A stretch of 64,000 nt of DNA from Promethearchaeota archaeon (GTDB lineage: Archaea; Asgardarchaeota; Hermodarchaeia; Hermodarchaeales; Hermodarchaeaceae). The DNA is taken from positions 269,044 to 333,043 of the forward strand of contig JBHLMG010000001.1 of NCBI GenBank assembly GCA_048938385.1, read 5' to 3'. The notes beneath the pieces are model-generated. The model was not told the DNA's origin. It worked only from the letters and a program-made list of their open reading frames with translations, and did not search any database. Position numbers and translations under genes: made by a program. Positions 19,224 through 29,678 of the stretch are shown here, one piece after another; position 1 is the first letter of the stretch; every line of letters begins with the position of its first letter.

Positions 19224-19655
19224 TCAAAGGTTGTTAAGGAACTCAGGGGCTTCTGCCAGTTCGATGAGCGGAATATAGACCCAGGCTCTCTCTAATGTTC
19301 CACGGGCATATTCCCAACATTCCTCTGGGTCCGCTTTATAGCGAATGAATGGACCCCGTGGGGCTTCATCTATTTCTGTATACAAGAATAGCGGTAATCC
19401 CTCTAGATTGTAGTACCCTGGAACACTCGTGATAGTTCCCATGATGTGCTTTTTCCCGTGTTTAAAATGTAATATTGATGCTGTTCGCTCTCGCATAGTC
19501 CAAAACTGTACAAGTCGAATTAGATTGTCCAAGTCCTTAATTTTCATAAGCACAGCGGGTCGAAGTTTAATATCATTCACAGGAATCAACTGTGCGCCAT
19601 ACTCTCGTACTGAAGAAAAAGGCTTTGCTTGACTTAAAAAACTTGATACCAGCAT
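19224..19655 (-). CDS. Hypothetical archaeal protein
   Basis: ORF between membrane gene and nitrilase; start uncertain because the track start 19715 overlaps the nitrilase. Confidence 0.65.
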   Translation of the reverse strand: MLVSSFLSQAKPFSSVREYGAQLIPVNDIKLRPAVLMKIKDLDNLIRLVQFWTMRERTASILHFKHGKKHIMGTITSVPGYYNLEGLPLFLYTEIDEAPRGPFIRYKADPEECWEYARGTLERAWVYIPLIELAEAPEFLNNL

Positions 19656-19688
19656 TTTTAGGGAACTTTGTGAAGGGGCTAATCTACT

Positions 19689-20468
19689 ATGAATTTTCGA
19701 GTTGCTTGCGCACAAATGGATATTGCTCTCGGTAATAAGGAGGCAAATTTGGAAACTGCAGTCAAGATGGTAAAAGAAGCGGCCTCGCGTCAGGTCGATC
19801 TCATTATCTTACCTGAACTTTTCCAAACGGGGTACTGCCTTGACAAGGCAGATTTGCTAGCTGAGCCTCCAAATGGTCACTCTGTAGAATTGCTTCGAGA
19901 TCTAGCAGGTCGATTCCGAATTTTCATCATCGCCGGGAGTATTTTGGAAAAAAGAAAACAGGGCATCTTCAACACAGCGCATGTGATTGGCAAAGATGGT
20001 AAGTTATTGGGGTTTTATGATAAGATTCATCTCTTTCCTCCCTTTGACGAAGACCAATACTTGATGGCTGGGCGCGACACGCCGCTTTTCAAAACCGCAT
20101 TGGGCCTATTTGGGGTCGTGATCTGTTTTGACATACGATTTCCCGAGCTAACGCGTAGGCTTGCCCTTAATGGTGCTCAAGTTATTTTTTGTCCTGCGGA
20201 ATTTCCGGCTGAGCGTATTACGGTGTGGGCGACTTTATTGCGAGCAAGGGCGATTGAGAATCAAGTATTTGTTGTAGGTTGCAATCGTGTGGGAAGTGAT
20301 GGGAAAAACCTATTTGGCGGGCGCAGTGCAATTATTCACCCAGATGGACAAGCTCTTGCTCAGGCTACTGATTCAACCCAATTAATCGATGCGATAATCG
20401 ATTTAGGCGAGGTTGAAAAGGTTCGAAAACCACTCCCATTGTTGAAGTACCGGCGAGAAGATTACTAA
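19689..20468 (+). CDS. Carbon-nitrogen hydrolase (nitrilase / omega-amidase family)
   Basis: Catalytic triad LPELF (E), YDKIHLF (K), ICFDIRFPE (C); RARAIEN. Confidence 0.93.
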   Translation: MNFRVACAQMDIALGNKEANLETAVKMVKEAASRQVDLIILPELFQTGYCLDKADLLAEPPNGHSVELLRDLAGRFRIFIIAGSILEKRKQGIFNTAHVIGKDGKLLGFYDKIHLFPPFDEDQYLMAGRDTPLFKTALGLFGVVICFDIRFPELTRRLALNGAQVIFCPAEFPAERITVWATLLRARAIENQVFVVGCNRVGSDGKNLFGGRSAIIHPDGQALAQATDSTQLIDAIIDLGEVEKVRKPLPLLKYRREDY

Positions 20469-20572
20469 GGAGTGTGATAAGTCAGCGTGTCAACGACTAA
20501 TAGATCAAAGGCTACGACTGACTATATCCTCTCTGTGGTGATAAAATACCGATCTTAACTGGTTGAGGGATT

Positions 20573-21361
20573 TTAGCCGAGTTCGGAGTATCGTTTCAAA
20601 TACTTCTCACGAAGGCGTTGGTAAGTGGCTTCGTCAACGCCTCCTCCTCGCTTTCGTTGTTCTAATCGAGCAAGTAACTCTTCAATAGCTTGGCGTTCAG
20701 ATGAGGCTTCTTCTCCCGAAAGGGGTGAATTCTTTAAGATCTCAGGGTCAGAGACCGTTAGATTCATCTCAGGAGGAGCTGAAACCTCAGCAGTAGCAGA
20801 AGGACTAGTTACACCATTTTGTTCAAGCTGTTCTTCTAATTTTGCCATCTCCATTTCGAGAGCGTCTAATTGCTCTTGGACATCCGAGTCTATTTCTTCG
20901 GATTGTTCGGATGGGGCTCGACTGGAACGAAGGAATCGTGCACTTGAAAGCTCCGTCTCGGAAGAACTTGTAGTTTGTGAGCTGGTTTCAGCTGTTCGTG
21001 CAGCTGTCCTCAATGCTTGGTTGGGTTCGACGACTATGGTTTCCAGTTGTGCTGCACGTTTGTCTCGTCGAATGCGTGGTTGAGCGCGAGTTCGTGTAAG
21101 TGGTTCTCCTGAACCAGAACGAGCTCCGTTGGGTATTCGGCGTCTTGGTTCTTGTGGAGTCGTAGTATCTCTTCGACGGTCTAAAAGACAGGTAGCTCCA
21201 ATAATGGGAAGAAAGGCAATAATGAGGACATTAAGAAGACCAATAGCTCCAGGAAATAGACTGTCTAAAAAGAGGCCTTGAAAGAGCGCAAAGTCAACTA
21301 TCATCGAAACTGCAAAAATTACCCAGATTCCAATGATAACCGATGACCGTTTGCTGGGCAT
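20573..21361 (-). CDS. Two-TM membrane protein with disordered linker, coiled coil and SHOCT-like C-terminal hairpin
   Basis: GGTGA SD; N-terminal TMs; C-terminal LEQRKRGGGVDEATYQRLREKY. Confidence 0.75.
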   Translation of the reverse strand: MPSKRSSVIIGIWVIFAVSMIVDFALFQGLFLDSLFPGAIGLLNVLIIAFLPIIGATCLLDRRRDTTTPQEPRRRIPNGARSGSGEPLTRTRAQPRIRRDKRAAQLETIVVEPNQALRTAARTAETSSQTTSSSETELSSARFLRSSRAPSEQSEEIDSDVQEQLDALEMEMAKLEEQLEQNGVTSPSATAEVSAPPEMNLTVSDPEILKNSPLSGEEASSERQAIEELLARLEQRKRGGGVDEATYQRLREKYLKRYSELG

Positions 21362-21670
21362 ACTGTGATAATCACCTATGTGAAACTCTTATGTTCCCCG
21401 CATGGATGGTGCTTTGCGTCTCCTTTTTGCTTTCTCCATCCTCGCTATATACTTGTCGCGCTAAACCTCAAATCGTAGTTTTAAAATTGCGCCTTTCGCA
21501 AGTGCAATTATTAAGGTAGGCAGGCGTACTGTTCGACACTCGCGTTTTTGGCCCATTCCAATGGCGAAACTTAAAAACTTGTGTATATTTTCCCTATTTT
21601 CTAAAGGCTCATACCAATAAACACACATTTAAAGACATTTTCTAGCAGGTTGCTCGCGTGGTGTCCAAGC

Positions 21671-22693
21671 ATGCCAAGTTTTCGTGCAGGAAAAATTCCT
21701 CAAAAAGTTCTGGAAGAAAAGGTCTTCCCCTTTCTTGGCGCTCAAGATCCTGATGTAATTCATGGTCCTGGGATTGGTCGAGATGCTGCAGTTATTCGTG
21801 TGGGTCGACAAGTAATTGCTGCAACCACAGATCCAATTACTGGGGCTTTTCAAAACATTGGCGCCTATGTTCTTCATATCTGTGCGAACGACATTGCCAC
21901 CTTTGGTATTTCTCCTCGGTGGTTCCTAGCGACCATTTTACTTCCCGAAAATGGCGACCTGAAACTCCTTGAAGAAATTATGACATCTATGCATCAAGCT
22001 GCTGAAAGCTTAAACATCGCTATCATAGGGGGCCACACCGAAGTTACAACTGGGTTGTCGCGCCCCATTATCGTCGGGTTTATGCTTGGAACAGCAAACG
22101 AAGGGGAATTTGTGACCTCCTGCAACGCTCACCCTGGTAATATTCTTATTCTTACTAAAGGAGTGGCAATCGAAGGAACTGCAATCCTAGCAACAGATCG
22201 TGCAGAGGAACTTGGTAGAGTGATCGATTGGCAAGTGATTCAGGATGGGCAACAACTCCTCCATCAACTGAGTGTTGTACCAGAGGCCTTAAAGGCAATC
22301 TCTACAGGAGGCGTGACGGCTATGCACGATCCCACAGAAGGCGGAATCGCAAATGGGCTTCATGAATTAGCTGATGCTTCAGGTCTTGGCTTTATTGTTA
22401 ACCGTAAGGCGTTAATTATTCCTCATGCCACACAAAAGATCTGCAAGCAGTTGGACATTAACCCACTTAACTTGATTGCTAGTGGCGCCATGCTCATTGC
22501 AACGAAAGCTAACAAAGCTAAAGAAGTTCTCGAGGTTTTAGAAAAGGCAGGTATCGTTGCATCAGTCATTGGGCGTTTAGTTGAAGATCCTCATACCAGA
22601 ATTATTGTTGAACTTGATGGGTCAGAAAAACCTCTTTCAAGACCTGCAGAGGATGCTCTATGGGATGCCCTCTCAAAGCCGGTTAAGAAATAA
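21671..22693 (+). CDS. AIR synthase-related (PurM/HypE-like) protein
   Basis: GPGIGRDAA, TTDPIT, NDIA, GGHTE, MHDPTEGG. Confidence 0.88.
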   Translation: MPSFRAGKIPQKVLEEKVFPFLGAQDPDVIHGPGIGRDAAVIRVGRQVIAATTDPITGAFQNIGAYVLHICANDIATFGISPRWFLATILLPENGDLKLLEEIMTSMHQAAESLNIAIIGGHTEVTTGLSRPIIVGFMLGTANEGEFVTSCNAHPGNILILTKGVAIEGTAILATDRAEELGRVIDWQVIQDGQQLLHQLSVVPEALKAISTGGVTAMHDPTEGGIANGLHELADASGLGFIVNRKALIIPHATQKICKQLDINPLNLIASGAMLIATKANKAKEVLEVLEKAGIVASVIGRLVEDPHTRIIVELDGSEKPLSRPAEDALWDALSKPVKK

Positions 22694-22697
22694 TGTA

Positions 22698-23963
22698 TTA
22701 GGCTTTTTCAAGGGACTCAAGAATCATATCTAACAATTGATGTGCGGCTTTGGTCTTGGTCGTCTTGGCAATTTTAACAACTTTTTTCGAAGGATGAACT
22801 ACGAACAACTCGTTTGTGTGTGTACCAAATCCGACACCTGGTCGACTGACATCATTGGCAACGATCAGATCGGCTTTTGCTGAAATAAGACGCTCGTGGG
22901 CTCTGCTTACTAGTTCGTTATCGGTTACCCCATGTTCGGCTTTGAATAGAACAAGGTAAACATCCTTTTGAATGGTTTTAACAGCATCAACTATCTTTGG
23001 TGTAGGACTAAACTCCACTGAAAGTGTTTTAGTCTTTGCTGTCGGAATTTTCTCCTTCTTTGGCGTTTTTGGTGTCCAATCAGCTACTGCTGCAGCAGCA
23101 ATGACAACATCAAAGGGCTTAGACTTTAATCCTGCTTTAACGGCATCAAGCATTTGTTGAGTGGTTTCAACCGGTACTACTTTAACACCCTCGGGTGGAA
23201 CAACCGATCCACGACCATACACCAGTGTTACTTTGGCTCCACGTTCAAAAGCTGCTCTTGCTAGCTCGACGCCCATTATTCCTGAACTCTTGCTCGTTAC
23301 TATTCGCACAGGATCAAGGTATTCAATTGTAGGACCGGCAGTAACAAGAATGCGCCTTTTAGCGTAATCGTGTTTTACACCCAACTTCTGTAGAACGGCA
23401 TTCAGCACTTCTGCTGGTGTGGCAATCTTGGCTTTTCCTTCCTCTATTCGCGGTCCAATGAAATTAACTCCTAGTTTTTCTAATTTGCGAATATTTTCCT
23501 CAAGGATTGGATGTTTAAACATGGAAGCATGCATAGCAGGAACAATCATAATTGGGATTCCTGAGCCGAATGCAGTGGTTACTGTCGATGTTACTGGGGT
23601 ATCATCAATACCCATAGCAATCTTGGATATTGTATTTGCTGTGGCAGGGGCTATTAGGATGAGATCGGCTTTGCCTTCATGTTCTCCTGCCAAAGCCACA
23701 TGTTCAATCTTCCCTGTTAAAGTGGTAATTACTTCGTTACCTGTCGCCCATTCCATTAGAAACGGGTGTATAATCATCTGTGCCCATTCAGAAAAGATTG
23801 TAACTACCTCGGCTCCATGGCGCATTAACAATCGAGCAATCTCTGGACTTTGAACAGCTGCTACGCTGCCCGTGACGCACAAAACGATGAATTTCCCTCG
23901 CAATTCTGTGCCCTGGGACTCAACAATATCCTTTGATGGGTGTTCTCTTAGACGCAATTTCAT
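22698..23963 (-). CDS. coaBC: Phosphopantothenoylcysteine decarboxylase/synthetase
   Basis: VTGSVAA, IEHV, APATANT, PAMHASM, TAGPT..LDPVR..SSGIMG, AAVAD, IVANDV. Confidence 0.96.
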   Translation of the reverse strand: MKLRLREHPSKDIVESQGTELRGKFIVLCVTGSVAAVQSPEIARLLMRHGAEVVTIFSEWAQMIIHPFLMEWATGNEVITTLTGKIEHVALAGEHEGKADLILIAPATANTISKIAMGIDDTPVTSTVTTAFGSGIPIMIVPAMHASMFKHPILEENIRKLEKLGVNFIGPRIEEGKAKIATPAEVLNAVLQKLGVKHDYAKRRILVTAGPTIEYLDPVRIVTSKSSGIMGVELARAAFERGAKVTLVYGRGSVVPPEGVKVVPVETTQQMLDAVKAGLKSKPFDVVIAAAAVADWTPKTPKKEKIPTAKTKTLSVEFSPTPKIVDAVKTIQKDVYLVLFKAEHGVTDNELVSRAHERLISAKADLIVANDVSRPGVGFGTHTNELFVVHPSKKVVKIAKTTKTKAAHQLLDMILESLEKA

Positions 23964-24003
23964 CCTCTCTCAGTGACCATCTTCCCTACTCTATGATCTA
24001 CTC

Positions 24004-24774
24004 TTAATGATAGGTGTGCTTCTTATCTGGATACTCTCCTTTTATCACTTCATCAATGTAGCCCTTAACCGCTTCTCTGATTATATCGGATAATTGCACA
24101 TATTGTTTAACGAACTTTGGCAAGTGTTCATTATTACTTAATCCTAAAAGTTCAGTAATGACAAGAACCTGTCCATCACAATACCTTCCTGCCCCAATTC
24201 CGATAGTAGGGGGTTTCACATCTTGGGAAATTTTACGGGCAAGCCATTCAGGAATACATTCCAATACTATAGCAAAAACTCCAAGTTGGTCCAATGCCAA
24301 CGCATCACGCCATATCTGATCGGCTTGTTGGGGCGTCTTTCCTTGAACACGATACTCTTCTGCAAATTGAGGCAACAGACCGACATGGCCCATGACAGGA
24401 ATCGCTTCCTCGCGTAACTTATTGATGATATCAGTTTGTTTTCCTTCTATTTTGACCGCATTTGCACCGGCGTCAAGAAATTGCCGTGCATTGGCTAATG
24501 CCTGTTCTGGTTTCTCATAGCTATGAATGGGCATGTCTGCCACGATAGGTGTCTTTTTGACTCCTTTGGCAACTACTCGAGTGTGATAGAGCATCGCTTC
24601 CATTGTTACATGTTTGGTATTCGAATGCCCCTGAAAGGCCATACCGAGGCTATCGCCCACTAAAATCAAATCGATTTGAGCCTCTTCTAAAATTCTAGCT
24701 ATTTGACAATCATAAGCCGTGAGCATGGTAATTTTTCGCTTACCCTTAAGATTTCGGATTTCTTCAACACTCAT
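24004..24774 (-). CDS. panB: 3-methyl-2-oxobutanoate hydroxymethyltransferase
   Basis: MLTAYD, LVGDSLG, ADMP, VKIEG, GHVGLLPQ, IGIGAG. Confidence 0.96.
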   Translation of the reverse strand: MSVEEIRNLKGKRKITMLTAYDCQIARILEEAQIDLILVGDSLGMAFQGHSNTKHVTMEAMLYHTRVVAKGVKKTPIVADMPIHSYEKPEQALANARQFLDAGANAVKIEGKQTDIINKLREEAIPVMGHVGLLPQFAEEYRVQGKTPQQADQIWRDALALDQLGVFAIVLECIPEWLARKISQDVKPPTIGIGAGRYCDGQVLVITELLGLSNNEHLPKFVKQYVQLSDIIREAVKGYIDEVIKGEYPDKKHTYH

Positions 24775-25664
24775 GAACGACGACTCTCCATGAAACGCAC
24801 TATATGGGTTAGGCTTGCGTTAACAGGTGTAGGAATATCGTGAGCTTCACCTAGTTCCATAATCTTTCCATTCAAGGAATTAATTTCAGTTTTTCGACCC
24901 TGTTGAATATCTTGTAGCATGGATGTTAGGTTTTTATAACGAGGTAGTTGTTGTTCCATCAACTGTAGTATGCCTTTATCTAAATCCACTCCTTCTGCCG
25001 CTCCTACCTGAATGCATTCTTCTGCGATGGCGTGCCAGAGTGGTATCAAATGAGGTGAGATAAGTTCACAAGTTGGTACTCGAAGTATCGCAGAGAGTGG
25101 GTTAGTTATACAATTAATCATCATTTTTCTCCATAAATCGTTCTGAAACTCTTCGGATACTAGCACATCTAAATTACTTGTTCTGAAAATTTGTGCCACT
25201 TGCTGAGAAATTGAATCATTATCAAGGATAGTTACATTCCAGCTAACCTGAACTTGTCCTGGTTTCTGTACCTCTGCGCCAATCCCGACAATTCCTCGAA
25301 GGACCTTGCCTTTACCCTGGGTAGCGTGTTTCGCTATCTCTTCTATTCCCAATCCATTTTGAAGTAATAAAATCACAGTGTCTTTGCGTATGAGCGAACT
25401 AATAGTCGCTAGCGATTCATGTAAATCGAAGGTTTTCACGCAGACGATGAGGAGTGTATTGGGAGAGATTTCTGTAATCTTGGTTGATGTGAGAGGTGAA
25501 TATGAACCAGTACGATCTCCTACTAGTTTCAATCCATGGTCGCGTATGGCGCTCATATGCGAGGCGCGACCGATGAGGGTGACTTGGTTCTGCCTTGAGA
25601 GCAATGCGCCATATACTGATCCAATAGATCCTGCTCCGAGGATATAGATGGAGTTGAAACTCAT
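24771..25664 (-). CDS. panE: 2-dehydropantoate 2-reductase
   Basis: GAGSIG, VK, LQNGLG, WRK..IN...N, SMLQD...TEI..LNG; in operon with panB. Confidence 0.93.
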   Translation of the reverse strand: MSFNSIYILGAGSIGSVYGALLSRQNQVTLIGRASHMSAIRDHGLKLVGDRTGSYSPLTSTKITEISPNTLLIVCVKTFDLHESLATISSLIRKDTVILLLQNGLGIEEIAKHATQGKGKVLRGIVGIGAEVQKPGQVQVSWNVTILDNDSISQQVAQIFRTSNLDVLVSEEFQNDLWRKMMINCITNPLSAILRVPTCELISPHLIPLWHAIAEECIQVGAAEGVDLDKGILQLMEQQLPRYKNLTSMLQDIQQGRKTEINSLNGKIMELGEAHDIPTPVNASLTHIVRFMESRRS

Positions 25665-26461
25665 CTGTCGGTACCACCTTCGTTAGAAAGTCCCTGTGTA
25701 GCGGCTAGCATGTTAAGGCGTTCATTAATTATTCGAATGGCTTCAGATAGGTTGTGGTGGTTATCAAATTCGTTCTGAATTTGTTCCAACTCGGTGTGTG
25801 TTTTGGACTGCAATTGGTCAAGTGTTAATACTAGCAAGGGTAATGCACGTACAATGTTGTCGATAATACTAATCGTAGCCATTTGAGCGGTACGAGAAAG
25901 TGGGTTCAAATCAATGGTGATGACTTTTTTCCCCTGTTTTACTAATCCTTCTGTTCGATCGCCATCTTCTAATGGGACGAATGCTAAATCGGCAGTGAAT
26001 AATCCTCGTTGGTCCACTATGCGTCGATCACTGTGAATTTCGGGAATTGTTCTGTGAAACTTGGAATCGAGCCCGTAGATTTCAGAAGCCCCAGCGTCTC
26101 GAAGAACCTGGGCAATTGCGGTCTCCCGCTCCTTTGATCGATGATACAAATTGACTTCTAACTTGGCTCCGGTTACCTCTGCGAGTCTAACGAGGTCATG
26201 AGGAACTAGGGCGGCGACATTTCCATTTACAGAGATTACTGGATGTCGTGATAAAAGGAAACTTGCTGCAGCAACACGAATAGCGTTCTGGGCGTTCGTG
26301 GTAGTTACTTCACCAATAAGATAATCGAAGGCTTCGCCTCGTCCATGCGCAAAGAGACCAAAAGTCGATGTTATGCCCTTCAGAAATCCTTGAACCAGTT
26401 TCGATCGTATCTTCAAGGATGTTGCTCTAGGGTGTTCGGGTGAGATTTCATGTTCATCCAT
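25661..26461 (-). CDS. 4-phosphopantoate--beta-alanine ligase (phosphopantothenate synthetase)
   Basis: HPR..SL, AHGRGEAFDYLIGE, SVNGN, PLEDGDR, IDLNPLSRT. Confidence 0.95.
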   Translation of the reverse strand: MDEHEISPEHPRATSLKIRSKLVQGFLKGITSTFGLFAHGRGEAFDYLIGEVTTTNAQNAIRVAAASFLLSRHPVISVNGNVAALVPHDLVRLAEVTGAKLEVNLYHRSKERETAIAQVLRDAGASEIYGLDSKFHRTIPEIHSDRRIVDQRGLFTADLAFVPLEDGDRTEGLVKQGKKVITIDLNPLSRTAQMATISIIDNIVRALPLLVLTLDQLQSKTHTELEQIQNEFDNHHNLSEAIRIINERLNMLAATQGLSNEGGTDR

Positions 26462-27386
26462 CGAGTAGTTGCGCTCCTTGATAATCCACATCCATCACAA
26501 GGACTTCATGTTTAGTTGTTTTATGCCTATCAAAGATTCGTTTTAATTCCTGGACTTCGTCAGAGGTTACCAATGAAAAGACATTTTCGCCAAAAATAGC
26601 AGAACTACAAATGAACCCTGCCTCATCGCATTCATGCAACACAGCGTTGACGCGTTTTGTTAGGATCTGAATGTGTTCGGCAAACCGCCTGGAATACTGT
26701 AATAATCTCTTCACTGTCGGATGAAGTTGTAACGCGTCAATCAGCGATCCCCCCAGTTCATTAATTCGCTGTCGAGCCCTTTCATCATTTAGGTATTCAG
26801 GTGTGGGAATTGGTCCAAAGGGAAGACACACAACTTTACAATCGTTGTCGGAGGGTATGGTCTTTATTACTCCAACTCCCGGTCCACCGGCCGTAATTCG
26901 CATTTCGATACCTCCCAGTGTTTCCGCAATGACTGTACCTAATCCTGTCCGTTGTCGTACTTCTACAATATGAGCAATCTGTGCTGCTTCGATTCGGGTT
27001 AACCCGAGCTTTAAAGCGTGGTTTAACACTAAGGATAGACTTAGGGCTCCAGCACCACTGGTCCCGAAACCATAGCCTATTGGCATCGCAACCTCATGGT
27101 TTACAAGGATTTTGAAGTCTTGATCGGGTAGGTATGTAAGGAGAGAGGAAATTACCTCTTTTGATACAGGTGCAGGGTCTGGGCTACCATTTATTTTGAT
27201 GTAGATTTGCGGCGTTTGTGCGGGCTCAACCTCTACGGAGGTAGTAACTCCACGACTAATTGTGACACCTGCACCACGCGATCCCCTCTTGAGGGGGTCC
27301 TCTGCCTGGTCGCAAATCTGAAAGAATCCAGTGATGTGTCCAGGAGCAAACGCACGGGCCTTCATAAAAAACGACTGCCTCACCAT
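26454..27386 (-). CDS. Pantoate kinase (GHMP family)
   Basis: AFAPGHITGFF, GSRGAG, PIGYGFGTSGAG, HIVE...TGLG; first gene of the CoA operon. Confidence 0.9.
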   Translation of the reverse strand: MVRQSFFMKARAFAPGHITGFFQICDQAEDPLKRGSRGAGVTISRGVTTSVEVEPAQTPQIYIKINGSPDPAPVSKEVISSLLTYLPDQDFKILVNHEVAMPIGYGFGTSGAGALSLSLVLNHALKLGLTRIEAAQIAHIVEVRQRTGLGTVIAETLGGIEMRITAGGPGVGVIKTIPSDNDCKVVCLPFGPIPTPEYLNDERARQRINELGGSLIDALQLHPTVKRLLQYSRRFAEHIQILTKRVNAVLHECDEAGFICSSAIFGENVFSLVTSDEVQELKRIFDRHKTTKHEVLVMDVDYQGAQLLDG

Positions 27387-27469
27387 TTCTTATCAAAGCT
27401 GGTGGCGTAAAAGGCGTGAAGTGAGATAAGAACATAAATATTTTGCACCCCTACCTATGTACTCCCGAA

Positions 27470-28396
27470 ATGAAACGAGTTTCTGCATTCTGTCCAGCTG
27501 GCATATCTAGCTTTTTCCTCGCAGTAACACCTACAAGACCACCCTTCACAATGAATGAAGCCTGCAAAGTTGGGGCAAAGGGCGGTGGATTTGTAATTAC
27601 AAAGGGGGTACACACAGAGCTTGTATTGACGACAGCGAAAACAACCAACATCGAAGTTTCTATTAATGGGCGCTCTGCCCCGAACGCCAAAGTGACTCGA
27701 GAAGTATGTAAACTTCTCCTAGAAAAAGTCAAACACTCTTACAATATCGCCATCCAACATGATGTTGAAGTACCTATTGGTGCAGGATACGGTGCAAGTG
27801 CTGCCGGAGCTGTTAGCACTGCAATGGCACTGAGCAAAGCCTTGGGGTTCAACTTAACCCTCAATCAAATAGCACAGTTCGCTCATCTTGCCGAACTTCG
27901 TTGTGCTACTGGGTTAGGGAGCGTAAGCGGTGTTGTTCGTGGCGGGGCCATTCTTATTTTGGAAGCTGGGGCCCCTGGATATGATCGGGTCGACTGGCTT
28001 CCTCTCGAACCTTCACATCGGATAGTCTCAGCGAGTTTTGCCCCCATTCCAAAGGAAACCATTATTTTCTCCCCCCAAGCTCAGCAAACTGTGAATAAAG
28101 AAGCTCATACCGTAATGGCGAAAATCCTAGCTAATCCCAATCCAGAATTCTTCATGGAATTGTGTAACAGGTTTGCCCAAAAAGTAGGATTTCTCACTCA
28201 ACGCCTCAGTAGAGTTCTCACTAAAGTGAAGGAAGCTGGGGCGCTTGGGGCAACCCAAAACATGATTGGTGAAGCCTTTCATGCCCTCGTCGACCAAGAA
28301 AAAGTGAACAATGTAATAAACGCAATTTTACAAGATTTTCCTGCCAATAAAATTCTTGTTTCAGAAATATATTATGGCGGACCAAGATACAAATGA
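27470..28396 (+). CDS. Second pantoate kinase-like GHMP kinase
   Basis: AFCPAGISSFF, GAKGGG, PIGAGYGASAAG, HLAE...TGLG, QNMIGE. Confidence 0.85.
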   Translation: MKRVSAFCPAGISSFFLAVTPTRPPFTMNEACKVGAKGGGFVITKGVHTELVLTTAKTTNIEVSINGRSAPNAKVTREVCKLLLEKVKHSYNIAIQHDVEVPIGAGYGASAAGAVSTAMALSKALGFNLTLNQIAQFAHLAELRCATGLGSVSGVVRGGAILILEAGAPGYDRVDWLPLEPSHRIVSASFAPIPKETIIFSPQAQQTVNKEAHTVMAKILANPNPEFFMELCNRFAQKVGFLTQRLSRVLTKVKEAGALGATQNMIGEAFHALVDQEKVNNVINAILQDFPANKILVSEIYYGGPRYK

Positions 28397-28460
28397 AGTA
28401 CTAATGGCTTTTATCAAACATGTGCGGCTTATAATGAAGGGGCTTACTGTGTTTCCTCGA

Positions 28461-29195
28461 ATGCACAAATCCCTGTTGATTTCTCTAACTGCGTTGATGG
28501 CATCTCTTGTTGCCGTCTTAACAATTCTCATCCAAATTTCAGTACCCGCCACACAGGGATACTTCAACTTCGGAGAGGTCGGTGTCTATATTACAGCAAT
28601 TCTATTTGGGCCAATTATTGGTGCCGTTGCCGGGGGAATAGGATCGATGATCGCCGATCTTGCCACCGGTTATGTACTATACGCTCCTGGGACCCTCGTC
28701 ATCAAAGGACTTGAGGGTTTCATTGTAGGTTATCTGAGCTTCGCGTTTCGAGACCGATTTGAATCTAAGCATCTCAAGTATCTCGGTGCTGCTCTTGGAT
28801 TAGGATTAGTAACATGCATGGTAATTATCGGCATATACCGCTTTAGTGGCGAATTGCAGCTGATTGGTGGTCCTGAAATCCCCTGGTGGGAAATCCCACT
28901 CTTTCTCCCCTCTTGGGCTTGGTTCATATTAGCGATATTTTTTGGGTCATTGACCTTATTCGTCACTCTGCGATATGAGCCCAAAGCTGCTTGGAACGCG
29001 TTTTCAATGCTTTTGGGTGGCATAGGTATGATAACTGGGTACTTTCTTTACGAATTTTTTATCTTCCAATATGCGGCAATTGCTGAACTGCCGTTTAATT
29101 TCATGCAGGTAATCGTCGGAATCATGGTGGCGCTTCCAATTATTGTGCGATTGTTAGGGACTATGCAGAACTTAGGAGTAATAGGTGAAATCTAA
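28461..29195 (+). CDS. ECF transporter S component
   Basis: PATQGYFNFGE, FGP..GA.AGGIGS..AD, YAPGTLVIKGLEG; start uncertain. Confidence 0.88.
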   Translation: MHKSLLISLTALMASLVAVLTILIQISVPATQGYFNFGEVGVYITAILFGPIIGAVAGGIGSMIADLATGYVLYAPGTLVIKGLEGFIVGYLSFAFRDRFESKHLKYLGAALGLGLVTCMVIIGIYRFSGELQLIGGPEIPWWEIPLFLPSWAWFILAIFFGSLTLFVTLRYEPKAAWNAFSMLLGGIGMITGYFLYEFFIFQYAAIAELPFNFMQVIVGIMVALPIIVRLLGTMQNLGVIGEI

Positions 29196-29257
29196 CGACC
29201 AGCGCAAGTTTTTAGCGGAGTGAATCAAGTTTTAATGCCGATATCACACTGTATTTC

Positions 29258-29662
29258 GTGTTGCATATGACAGAGCCTTCCCTTCCTGAGGATCCAATGG
29301 AAGCTATCATGCAAATCCTTCGTGATGCAGAGCAACATGTAGATGGCATCCAAGGTGTAGCTGTAGCCTCCACAGACGGTCTTCCCATGGCAAGTGCTGT
29401 TGACGCGAAAATTGGAGAAGCTGAACTTGCAGCCTTAGCCTCTTCTATGCTTTCCATCGGTTCCACGGCAATAACCAACCTCAAGAAGGGAGAACTCGAT
29501 AGCATTTATGTCAAATGTGAAAATGGGTACATTCTTCTCAGGTATAGCGGACCCCTTGCTGTGGTTCTCTTCATTACTGAAGCTACTGCGCGCCTTGGCC
29601 CCCTTCTACTTGAGTTAAAACGAACTGCTTCACGCCTTGAAAAGATGCTGGGATTCGGGTAA
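29258..29662 (+). CDS. Roadblock/LC7 domain protein
   Basis: GVAVASTDGLPMAS...LAALASSML...LDSIYVKCENG...ARLG. Confidence 0.92.
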   Translation: MLHMTEPSLPEDPMEAIMQILRDAEQHVDGIQGVAVASTDGLPMASAVDAKIGEAELAALASSMLSIGSTAITNLKKGELDSIYVKCENGYILLRYSGPLAVVLFITEATARLGPLLLELKRTASRLEKMLGFG

Positions 29663-29678
29663 CCGCATACACTAATGG

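Noticed and set aside
21389-21439. 16-codon basic ORF MEKAKRRRKAPSMRGT as eL41-like peptide or uORF
   Set aside because: Too short and lacks the eL41 pattern; no further support
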